DNA from: Dimargaris cristalligena
Taxonomy: Eukaryota
Assembly (NCBI GenBank): GCA_003614675.1
Contig: ML002256.1
Coordinates: 1 to 56,283, forward strand
Direction: 5' to 3'
Length of the DNA stretch: 56,283 nucleotides
The notes below the pieces were generated by a model. It was given only the letters and a program-made list of their open reading frames with translations, made no database searches and was not told the DNA's origin. The position numbers and the translations under genes are program-made. Positions 1 through 10,960 of this stretch are shown here, one piece after another; positions within the stretch are counted from its first letter, which is position 1, and each line of letters opens with the position of its first letter.

Positions 1-671
1 ATCCTCCGGGGTGGTTCTACCCTGGATATATAGGTACTGGTCTATATATTTAGTTAGTACTGGGTTCTGTAGTCAGTTTAGTATTAACCCTCCTTTAGTA
101 TATAGATAGATATACAGATAATAATAGTAATAGTAATTGGGCGGCAGTTCCAACCAATTAAGCACTGAGAGTTTTAGATCAGGTGACCGGAAATGCTAAT
201 ACTAAGGAGTTACACTTAGGAGTTAGCCCCATACGTTTTTACGAAAAATAGCAGCTTTATAATATAGATATACGGCGACCACATAGTAGCGACTATTTCC
301 ATAAGCTTGCACGCCAACCCTTTTGTCGACCATTATGATGATATTCAACACCTAATGAGTGGAATGGACTAATCAAGCCTCCAAAGTACCACCCTGCTGT
401 CCTCTTGCCTTTTATAGTGTTGGAGCACATGTCTAAGTGGATGGCGAAAATACCTGATTATCCGCAGTACCCCATGGCATATACATTATTATCGATACCT
501 TCGAATACATATATCAGGTCTATTGTAATGTGCTATAGGGAAACCCACCAACTACGGTAGATATGTTCAACTTACGGAATAAAATACGCCAAAATAGATG
601 ATATCATCGATTGGTATTTAAACCACATTAGCTATATATAAAGATGGGCAAAGATACAACCGGGGGTATTC

Positions 672-2693
672 TTAAGTTGAAGCAGACCGGCTCTGATCGA
701 CCACCGCCTGAATGTCCCGCAAACTGTCCAGAATGGCGTCTTTGAATGCCCCGGCATCGGTCGACTGGCTCAGTCCCTTCCAGCTACTGACACTCAATTT
801 AATTCCGTCCGGACCAATCGAGTAATTCGACCCATATCCCTCGGCCACTCCAGGGGCGAATCCGCCGTAGAAATAGGTCCCCGGGCTCAGATTCGATGTT
901 GACAAAATGAAGGAGATGGACTGAAGGTAGGTGGGGTCATTGAACAGGGTGGCGCGGGCCTGTTCCTCGGGGTTCCGAATCATGGACCGTAGACCGAGCA
1001 GGTGCCGGTCGACGCCTTGGCCTTCGCTTGCCGCCAGCATTAAGCTACGGTGCGCCGTAATAGCCCGCTGGAGGAGGTGGACTTTAGTGGCCGTCGGCGT
1101 AGACGGGTCCATAAACTTGTGGACGAATTCGGCCGCTTCCGGTGAGAAGGACCGGCACGTTTCGGTCCGTCCGTGCAGGAACGTACGGATAGAAGCCGTT
1201 TCGTAGGTGGGACAGGGCTGGCGGTGTAGGCGGTAGTAGGCCAATTGGAGGGCCATTTGCAAGAACGAATCGGGACTGAACTGGGCTTGTTTAATCCACT
1301 GGGCGCCGTAATCATTGAAATGGGCGAGTTCGGTGCCGAGTTGGGAAGAGGTGGCCAAGGCACGTTGGCGGGCGTCGGCGATGGCCTGGCGGGTGGAGGG
1401 TTCGACTTGCCAGCGCAGGTGTCGGGGTGGGGTCAGAGATTGGGTACCTGATGATGACGGGACTAGGTCCTTGCCCCCGCTCTTTTCCTCCATCATTAGG
1501 GCGGCGTTGAAAATTCCACCAGGGGTAGCCGCATCTGACGCCGTGTGTTCCCCGTTGACACCGGCCCGGCCATTATTGAGGACGATGATTTGGAGGGATT
1601 TATCCATCCAGCGATTACGGCCGTCGAAGTTGTGGAAGAAGTGGTCTTTGGAACGGTTAATGTCCACGGCGGTGGCGGGATCCACCTGGTCGTCCAGACA
1701 AACCGCAAAGAGGGCCGAGTCGATGGCGGTAAAATTAGTCCGGTGCACCGCCGATGCGGAACTTTGGTGCCGCAGCTGATCCCGGGTTTGGGCCCAAATA
1801 TCCCGGTTAGTAGTGGTTAGGGACCCTACGGCCGGGTCCAGTTCCGGCAGGGCTTCGACCTGTTTAACTACCTGGCGCAGCTGTTCCTGAATCGCGACTT
1901 GACTGATCACCTCCCCACGAGGGCCCAACACTTCAACCTGGAACACTTGGTCCCGGGCCATGACGATAATATGGCGGGCGGGTGTAGGATGCTGGTGGAC
2001 GATATGGTCCTTCGGCATAGCGGCGATACGAGTGGTACTAAACTGGTACCGGTACTGGTTCATATCCAGGGGCTGTTTGCGCAAATACTCGGGCGGTACT
2101 TCCTCCTTATTCAATTTATCCGACACGATCGTAAAGTACTGAATCAGCGCACTCGCCCGCTTCAGTTGGACCTCGGTAAACTGTCCCGGGGCGGGGTGTC
2201 GATTAGCCCCCGCTAAAACGCCCAGCGTGGGGCTGTCCACGAACTGGGCCCACCAACTGACGTTGATGAAAATCGGCTCCCGCCACTCCAAGTACCCTTT
2301 GTTGAGCCAAATGTCTTCGAGCCACGAGTAGGGCTCGGCCCGGTCGTGGGCTTCTAAACGGGTCTGTAGTTCGTGGCCGAACCCTTTGCCGGGGGCAACG
2401 AAGGCGCTCACGGCCTCCTCGGACTGCTTTTGACGTTCGGGAGTGGTGTTGATGGGGCTAATGGAACGTAGGTAGCGCTCAGCAGTGGCTTCAAGGGACG
2501 GGACGGGAAGTCGGGGCAGTTGGTCTTGGTTAGCAAACGTGGAGAGCCTGCGCTGGTGGCGACGGGAAAAGGCCGCTGATGAGGTCAAGTAAGTAGTAGT
2601 GGGCTTGGGGAGGTGGGGTCGGTAGTGGGAGGCGAGCTGGCGAGCGCCTCGGGAAGAAGCCCCAGGACCCGACTTGAGAGTTAAGGAAAGCAT
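672..2693 (-). CDS. Carnitine O-acyltransferase (choline/carnitine acyltransferase family) with predicted mitochondrial presequence, 673 aa, intronless
   Basis: Family motifs LPRLPVPSLEATAERYL, NRWMDKS, catalytic His in GEHTASD, TYETASIRTFLHGRTET, GQGVDRHLLGL and the STS carnitine-binding motif (LSTSNL). The N-terminal ~50 aa are rich in R/S/L and lack acidic residues. Confidence 0.93.
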   Translation of the reverse strand: MLSLTLKSGPGASSRGARQLASHYRPHLPKPTTTYLTSSAAFSRRHQRRLSTFANQDQLPRLPVPSLEATAERYLRSISPINTTPERQKQSEEAVSAFVAPGKGFGHELQTRLEAHDRAEPYSWLEDIWLNKGYLEWREPIFINVSWWAQFVDSPTLGVLAGANRHPAPGQFTEVQLKRASALIQYFTIVSDKLNKEEVPPEYLRKQPLDMNQYRYQFSTTRIAAMPKDHIVHQHPTPARHIIVMARDQVFQVEVLGPRGEVISQVAIQEQLRQVVKQVEALPELDPAVGSLTTTNRDIWAQTRDQLRHQSSASAVHRTNFTAIDSALFAVCLDDQVDPATAVDINRSKDHFFHNFDGRNRWMDKSLQIIVLNNGRAGVNGEHTASDAATPGGIFNAALMMEEKSGGKDLVPSSSGTQSLTPPRHLRWQVEPSTRQAIADARQRALATSSQLGTELAHFNDYGAQWIKQAQFSPDSFLQMALQLAYYRLHRQPCPTYETASIRTFLHGRTETCRSFSPEAAEFVHKFMDPSTPTATKVHLLQRAITAHRSLMLAASEGQGVDRHLLGLRSMIRNPEEQARATLFNDPTYLQSISFILSTSNLSPGTYFYGGFAPGVAEGYGSNYSIGPDGIKLSVSSWKGLSQSTDAGAFKDAILDSLRDIQAVVDQSRSAST

Positions 2694-3472
2694 GGAGGCA
2701 ATAGGAAGAGAGACTTGTAAGGAAAAAGAAGTAACTGAAAGAGACGAAGTAAGGAAAGTAAAGCAAAGTGACCGCGATATAAGTATAGAGTAGAGAAGAA
2801 CGCCTGATATAATGTAGTTAAGGAATTGACTGAGGAACCCTTATATTGTACCATGGACTTTATCAGCATGTGGAAAAGGGAGTAGTGGATATTGTCCCCA
2901 CGGCCCTCGCGTAGGCACTTGGGAAAGGGTGTATGTATGCATGCATGAGACCAAGGGCCGGAGGTATAAAAAGCCAGGAGGGCCCAATTGGTGGAGAAAA
3001 AGGATGTCGTCGTTCATTGTGACGCGGACCTTGCCATCCATATAACCCACTACTACCTTTTCACATGACAATATCCTCCATCCGCCGATGCGTTTAGGCC
3101 AAGTGGGCGGAGGCGCACAACGAACCCAAATTCCAAGGCCCTTCGATAGTTGGCTACCTAAAACAACCGCTACCATGGCGACTTGGATACAAAGAAGCAC
3201 GGGTTAACTACTGGTACGTTCATTTAGACTATGGCAGTTCCCCAATCTTAAAGCGAGGGTAGTGTGGCACACAAATGTGACTGTTTTAAACGGAAGCTAG
3301 TGAAAAGTGGAAACCAAGGGAGTCCGAGGTAAGGACCAACCAAACCTTCTCTCTGATTCACAAGAACTAATTAAATATATCTTATACACACCCATACTGG
3401 GTGGCCATTTTAACTGTCTCTCCAGTTCAAATACCGACTGCTTCTTAACCCAATGCACAATAGACCTGCTGT

Positions 3473-5026
3473 TTATTTGGCGGAAGTGCGTTTACCACCA
3501 CCGCCGCTTTCGGGTTCATCAGCGCTATCCATAAACAAAGCATGGGCCTCTTTAGCCCGGTTGGCCTGCCAAGCGACCCACGCTAGCGCCTGCAACAAGC
3601 AATCCGACAAATCGTCCTTCTTTTTCGACTTCAGGAACCGCTCGTGCAATTCGGGGGTAAGCCGTAATTGCGGCACGGCTTTGTGGCCAATTAGGCCCAT
3701 CAGGAGGGGACCCTGTCCGTCAACTTTAACCGGAGCAGCAGTCGATGACAGTGCCGATGATGGTGATGATTCCTGCGGGTCTAAGGAATTCGACTGAATA
3801 GCGGCCGAGCCATTGAGGTAGTCCGAAACTAAAACGACACTGAATTTCTTTTTAACCTGCCGGTTGCGTGTCCGGGCCTTATGGGAACGGATCGGGGCGA
3901 CGACCGGCTCAGTCGGAGTGGAATCAGACGGGTCGGCTGCCAACTTTGAAGATAAGGCTTCCGAACCCATCTCATTCAGCCCAAAAAAATGGGATACCGA
4001 CTGGGGGCTAACGGGGGTAACCAGGGCGCGTTCCTGGTCGGTCGGCTGGCTCAGCTCGGCCTGGGCCACACGAATCGGCTGATCCGCCGAGTTCCGCTGA
4101 TCCGCACTGCCCTCCTCAGCGATAGGGGGCTCGATGACACTAGGTCGAAACCGGATCCCCCGATGGCTAAGTTCCAAGTACAGCAACGGCTCGATAAGAT
4201 TGATAAATAGCACCGGATCGGGGATTTGCTTGAATCCCGCCGTGCGAAATCGCTGCCGCTCTACCAGGTAAATGACTTTCTTACTCCGCTGCAGCAGCTG
4301 GTCGGGTATCGGTAAAGACCGTTGGACAAAATCGGCCACAATTCGGGTGGTCAGCCAGGGGGCTTGGATCAATGGGCCGATTTTATGTTCGCTGGCTAAA
4401 TCAACGGTGCGCCAGTCGAGGAGTTCGAAGTGACTGTTGATGACGCTGAAGGCGAGGTGGCGGAACCCGATATCAATTGAGACGAGTGTCCATTCGGCGG
4501 GGTCCGTTGATACGGAGAGCGGGGAGGAGAGGGGGAGCGGATTGGGGAAAGAGGGCGCGGCGAGGTTGGTGACTAGACGGTTGACGAGGTCAGGCTTATT
4601 ACCCGACATGGGTAGGCCGCAGTCTTGGAGCTTGGCCTTTAAGGCCAATACCCTTAGTTGGAACAACCTGGGGGTAAGAGAGGAGTGGCATTGGAGGTGG
4701 GGTGCTGTATTCGGAAGGGTTAAGTGTCGTTCCTGGTGGGTTTATTACGGACAGTAGCCATAGGTAAACATTGAAAGAGAACCCCGCTATTTTTCTCGGG
4801 GGGAAGGGCGATTGAATACTCCGCACTCGGTTAGTTACCTATCAAATGCCTGGCTCTTTTTGGCCGCCGTGATAAAGATTCCCTTGGGTTCTGGCGTCCC
4901 GGCTATTTTCGGGTGCCGGCGGAGTACTCGGGCAGTATGAAAGGATAGGGATCCATTTGCCAAATCGTACACGAATAGAGGAGACTTGGGCACGGCATTC
5001 CTCGGGATCAAAGACCGAACAAGCAT
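3473..5026 (-). CDS. CCE1: Mitochondrial Holliday junction resolvase Cce1/Ydc2 (SAP domain + RuvC-like nuclease), ~460 aa; exons 5026-4839 and 4667-3473
   Basis: SAP motif LKAKLQDCGLPMSGNKPDLVNRL; catalytic motifs SIDIGFRHLA, ERQRFR and KKDDLSDCLLQA. A GTAACT...CAG intron (4838-4668, phase 2) joins the ATG at 5026 in frame and gives a basic, presequence-like N-terminus. Confidence 0.88.
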
Positions 5027-5745
5027 GGTTAGGACTAGAGGACTGGGAATGGGAGAGGGAATGAATGTAGTGCAGTGAAAGAGCAAAGTAAAGAAAGGAG
5101 GTAGAGGGAAGAGTGGTAATTTTGAGCTGGAGCAATTACCGGTTCTTGACTGAAGGCGGACCTTGGAAAGAGCTCATCAAGGGTAAGTAGTAGGTGGAGG
5201 AGGTTATTATTTTTAGGAAAAGAACCTCTTTGGTTGGTAGACGACTGCTTTCCACTTAGGTGGGCTTGGGAGAGGTACATTAGTGGTGGTGGTGGATTAG
5301 GAGGGACCGCAGGGCTTCTTTCTAGGAGCAATAGGTAAGGACTCTGCCAAGGTTAGATAAACGAGTAGTGACGCCACCAAACCACCCTATAAGTAATCAA
5401 TCGGAATCACATAGTATTTATACATCAGACGTCATTGGATTCCCAGAACAAGGGTACTATTGTGGCATCTTCCTGACCCTTATTACCGCCGACTCGATCT
5501 TACTACACCTACCGTTTCAGTCGGTCGATAGTTGGGCTATATCCGGTACAACAACAATATACTTTGCGCCCTTTATTATTATTTGGGGAGGTATTGGCAC
5601 CATAGTTAATGGCTCATCCCGGGCGACAGGTATGTGAATGGGGATACTCTTGGCAATGGGCCAAAAAGAGGGATTACCCGACATGGTAAGTAGTATTTTT
5701 GCAAACCATAATCCCAGCATCAACCTTTATTTCACGGACAATATT

Positions 5746-5769
5746 ACTTACTACTACTACTACTACTAC
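5746..5769. repeat. (TAC)n microsatellite
   Basis: Direct reading of the tactactac tract; a similar tract lies at ~9136-9160. Confidence 0.8.
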
Positions 5770-6466
5770 CGGTGCGGTAAGAATATACCCGTGAGCGAAT
5801 AATGTTTCTTTGGTTGCACCGCCGAGGCACAGTATAGTAACAATAGTAGGGGACACAGATTGTATGAATAGAGTGTACTCCATGCAGCTTCTAGTAGGCC
5901 AAGGAGAACCACCACTCATTTGGGTTATCGGCGCACTTATTTTACTGTTAAGGAGCCAATCTGGTTGGGTAGCTCACCTTCATATTATGTAAACAGCCAG
6001 CGCCATTTCGGCATTTTTCGACAGGGCTCTCCCCTCCTATAAACATCCAGCATTCAGTCCACGCCGTGTATATCTATGTATGTCCAACGACAAGCTGGCT
6101 CGGCTTTTGTTCACTCTAGCCAGCTTCCACTTCCTTTCCTTTATTTCTATATAACCTATACTGCTTACCCTTCCTTCCATCAGGGCTAGACAAACGTCCG
6201 CCTCTATCCGACTTCGACCTATTATTTCCTGCCAGCCTTTTGTATATGCGTTTCAATCTCTTTTCCATTGCAAGTGAGAGGGCTACTTACTTACTTACCC
6301 ACCATTGATCTTTCGCCTACTTACCCACTTCGTCAATTATACGCATACGTTTATTAATATTTATAGAGTGAGAGAGAGAGAGAGAGTCGCCGTCTTCAAA
6401 AACCCGACCCTTTCCCCTCGCTCATTGATTCCTCCGCTCCAGTCTCACATTCATATAGCCTCAACC

Positions 6467-8249
6467 ATGTCGGCACCTGTAGCCCTTTCCCGGAGGACTC
6501 CATCAAACCCCGGGTACCCCGCCACTGACCCAACTTCCGAGTTTTTTTGTAAGTTTTGTGAAGACAAGGACATTTGTAACCACCTTCACCGCCTGATAGG
6601 CCACCCTACGCATCGGGGCCGAGGTTACGCATGGATCCGAGCCAAACCACGCCCAGTACATGGTGCAGTTCCTATTCGACCCTACTCGCTATAGCGGGGA
6701 AGTGGGGGGAAATTACTAGGTAGCGCTTTTGCTCACCCCAACTTTTTATGACAGTAACCTTTCGACTGTTAGGGGAGAAGAGGCCCCCCTGGTGGAATTT
6801 CCTTGGCCTGACCTAACCTCCCCCCCTTCGTCGTTCCTCGGTTTACTCCCCCGCCGGCTTTCAATTACCCCAATTACTAACCACGTTTCACCATCAACCC
6901 TCCCCTGGCTGACTGACCGACCGACCCTCCTGACCCTTGATTATTATAGATCACCCCCGCACTCTGACTGCTCTGGTGTGCATGATTGCCGTCCTTGTTT
7001 ATGTAGCCTTTTTCTCCCCCATTGAGGATAATACTGTCAATAATGTCAAACTGGGCATCTTCTCGGCTTGCCTATGCTTCCTAGTCTTTGGTCTCCTCCA
7101 ATTCCGCGACGGCCCTTTTATCCGACCCCACCCGGCCATCTGGCGCCTGGTCCTGGCCATGGGCGTCTTGTACCAAATGTTCCTGGTCTTCCTCCTGTTC
7201 CAGAATGCCCACGACTCCCGGCAACTAATGGCCTACTGGGACCCCGAACTGGGTAAACCCCTTCCCGAGCGCTCCTACGCCGATGCTTGCGACCTGACCT
7301 GGGACAACCTCCGCAATCAAGTGGACATTTTTGTAGTGGCCCACGCTCTCGGCTGGTTCGGCAAAACCCTTATCATCCGCGACGTCTGGCTCTGTTGGAT
7401 CATATCCATCATGTTCGAAATTATGGAATACTCCCTGCAGCACCAACTCAATAATTTCGCCGAATGCTGGTGGGACCACTGGATTCTCGATGTCTTGGTG
7501 TGTAACTGGTTGGGCATCTACATTGGCACCAAAACCTGCGAGTACTTCGAAATGAAACAATACTCGTGGCGCGGGATTCGCCAAATCCCCACCTACCGCG
7601 GTAAATTGAGTCGTACCGCCGCCCAGTTTACGCCGCATTCCTGGACGAAATTCGAGTGGGGTCCCACGAAGAGTTTCCGTAATTACGTAGGGGTGGTGAT
7701 CGTCGTGGCCTGTATCCTGGTGTGCGAATTGAACGCCTTTTACCTAAAATACCTGTTGTGGGTACCGCCCGAACATCCCCTGGTGACCTACCGACTTATC
7801 CTGATGTTCCTGTTCGGAATTCCGTCGGTGCGCGAACTATACGATTACATGATCAACCCGTAAGTCGTCAACCTTCTAATGTGAAGGCGTTCCGGATCTT
7901 GATATTCCATATGCGCAATCGACTATGAATGTTACACACGTATTAACCACTCTAACACTGCTGTCATTTACCATCGCCCGGTACTGTATATATCCATCTC
8001 TATCTGTCCGTATACAGGAGTAATCCCCGGATCGGAACCCAGATTTGGCTCATGTTCGCTAACATTGTGACCGAGGTGCTTATTTGCATTAAGCTCTCCA
8101 AGGGCGAATTTAACGACCCCGCCCCACAATACGTGGTGTACTTCTGGACGGTGCTTTTAACACTGTTATTTGTCTATCCCATTTACCAATTCTGGTTCCT
8201 CCCGCGCTTCCGAAAATTCGTCCGATCCAAGGGAAACAAGGCCCGCTAA
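6467..8249 (+). CDS. PTDSS: Phosphatidylserine synthase, serine base-exchange (PTDSS1/PTDSS2, PSS family) type, ~407 aa; exons 6467-6548, 6950-7859, 8018-8249
   Basis: Motifs GPFIRPHPAIWR, HALGW, FAECWWDHWILDVLVCNWLGI, QFTPHSWT and ELNAFYLK. Splicing GTAAGT..TAG and GTAAGT..CAG restores the conserved EFFYHPRTLT and RIGTQIW segments in frame. Confidence 0.93.
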
Positions 8250-9527
8250 TCGGGGCCGAGTGATGATGAATGGAAAATCGCAATGACGATGAGCCCACCC
8301 CCATTTGATTGAACCCTCTATTTCTTTATATATCTATAAATACTCGCTAAATATCTACCTAAAAGTTTCGATCCGTTAATTTCGAAAACCGAGATTATTA
8401 TTAGTAAAACTACCTATCATATATTAGCGACCGGGTAAGCTGGGTAATAGAGGGGGAAGAGGGATGATGTTGGGGATGTTTCAACTATTGTATAGAACCC
8501 GTTTCTGCTGGTTTAGTAAAATATGCTCAGTCTATTGGTTAAACTATTTAAGTTTTATCTTGGACCTACCATTTTTTCAACCACGCTGGCCCATATAATA
8601 TATTTTTTACAATGCCGGCGGCGCTGTTGCACCTCTAACTCCAGTGAATGGTGAAGGAAAGGAGGGGGGAGCCAATATGACCATTGGCCATAATGGTGTG
8701 AAGCTGACATGATGTGCGAATAGGATGGGCGATTATTGATTGGACACTTGTTATTAGTCCACATTCGCTCATTTCCTATTCTTTTTCTCCCTTTTATCTT
8801 GTTTAATGCACACTGGCTTATAGAGGAAAAGTGGGACCATACTAAAGGGAGTGGTGTATATATGTATGTGATTACCCCCCTCCTCTTCCTCAATACAGAA
8901 GGATGGTCCTAAAAGTTGCCCCATCTATATGGATGGACATGGCCAAAGCAAAACTACGCTTACTTTTTGAATGGAATCGCTATATTTATATATATCATTC
9001 ATGCAGAGGAACATCTCTGCCCTATAAATCGTAGATAATCTGACCAGCTGCCATTAAAGGTCTAGTCACTCATGCAACCGGTAATTAGGGGCAGCAGCAA
9101 TGTGATGACGGGTGCGCGATGATCTTAACAGGTATTACTACTACTACTACTACTACTACTTTAGTATATAGCCTAAGGGGAGGCAACACGAAACGCGTCG
9201 TTTGAACGGAAGAAGGATTTGTAGCTTTTAAGGGGTTCTTGAACCATTTATCCTTTAATATGTTCCCTGTGGATGGCAAATTATGACCAAAAGGTCGCCT
9301 GCCTTAGATTCACTTTAAATAAAACTCTGCTTCATCTGAACGGAAGGAGGGCACGCTTGGGCGTGAGAATCAGGCGCCTGTCGGCTGCACCGATCACAGG
9401 TCGCAACAAATATCAGGTCGGCCCAGCCATTTAGATTTAGATCAGGTTCAATTATGACGGAGGAAATGTTTAATAAGAAACCCATGGTATGTGGTCCACA
9501 GGTGATAATGTAATGTTTGTATGGTGG

Positions 9528-9529
9528 AT

Positions 9530-9565
<36 letters not shown>
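9528..9565. repeat. Compound (CA)n(TA)n microsatellite
   Basis: Direct reading. Confidence 0.85.
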
Positions 9566-9566
<1 letters not shown>

Positions 9567-10960
9567 GAAACATATGACGGAGGGGCCGTGGAATGTAAAC
9601 ACTGGAACGGCAAATGTCTCCTGAATTCGTTCGTTCGTGGTGGAAGAAGAAGGACCCCATGTTCGCTATTATTATTATTATTATTCACACTCGCACCACC
9701 CCATTCATACAATACTGCTTCCATCCGCATAGTTTATAGATGCCCTAAATTAGTGTGCAAATGGCCAATTTACGGGGTTTCGGGGCCGTACGGGTAATGC
9801 CAACGGAGAAGAAAGCAGGTACTCCACTCATCCATACATATGGAGTGGCTATGGCTAAAAGCATCCCCGCCGTTAAATCCCCCCCCCCCCATGGGTGTTA
9901 CGGGAATGATTAATAATGGTTTGCTACAGGAGAGCCTGCGGTCTTTGGAAAGGGTCGGCCAAGTTTAGCAATTGGCAAGGGGTGTCCTTTAATTACGCCA
10001 GCTGTTTCTATATAGTTACCAATTGCTTCTGTAGCTCTTATTCGGGCTTCCGCTACTGCTACCATTAAGTTGTTAGTTGGTTGTTCCCGGCCAAAAGGCC
10101 CCGCACCAGTAGTAGTGTTCGTGAATGGGATCCAGCGACTGACTGGCTCCTGCTTTGCCTATTATTACTCGTACTGTTCCGCTCCCTCTCGGTTTTGGCT
10201 CTTCTTCTTTCCAACTGCCTAGAGAGATGTATACATTCCCTTCACCTTTTAGTTCAGAACCTTATTCCTCCCCCTCTCCCTTTATAGTTTTCCAGCCTAG
10301 CCCATTCCGCCTATTATATTCGTTACATAGTATCGTTCTTGAAGTACTTGGGCTCCCCCACCTTGACCTTTGTATTTTCTTTGTCCATTATTATTATTGA
10401 CCTCTGCTCAACAATACCCTCCCCATTGACCTACTGTGCCAGATCCCTTCGACACACACCTTCCCCCTAGTCCAGCGACTATCACGTCCCGTTCTGTCCA
10501 TTACGCACTATAGACCTCCTCCCCTTTCAAATAGTTTGTTACTGATTCTCTTGCATCGCCCCTTTCTTACGTTTGTCTTTATCTATTCTCTCTATTTTCA
10601 GTATCCTATCCACACTCTCTCTTACAACTACAACTACAACCACCCTCTCTCTCTTTCTGCTCACCAGATTTACCCGTGCAATCTGTCCCCAACACCTATT
10701 GGGTGCATTGAGCTTCCCTGAAGCATCTCCGGTCGCTTTTATCCCCCTCACCCACTACCACCTGCTTCTGTTGTTATCAATTGCACTCATCCATCACCAA
10801 CGTGTACGTCCCCCCTTCTCTTTCTCTCTCTGACCAAACGTTCCTACCTAATTCTACACTATTCACCCTCTACCTTTATTCCAAAAGTCACCCCCCTCAC
10901 CCACCCTACTACGGTGCGCGTGGCTTTCCCCCCTCCAACTGACCTTGCCTGATATATCGC

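Noticed and set aside
8555-10833. Short ORFs upstream of ZDS1
   Set aside because: Built from microsatellites and pyrimidine tracts of the promoter/5' UTR; mostly non-ATG starts and no protein-like composition.
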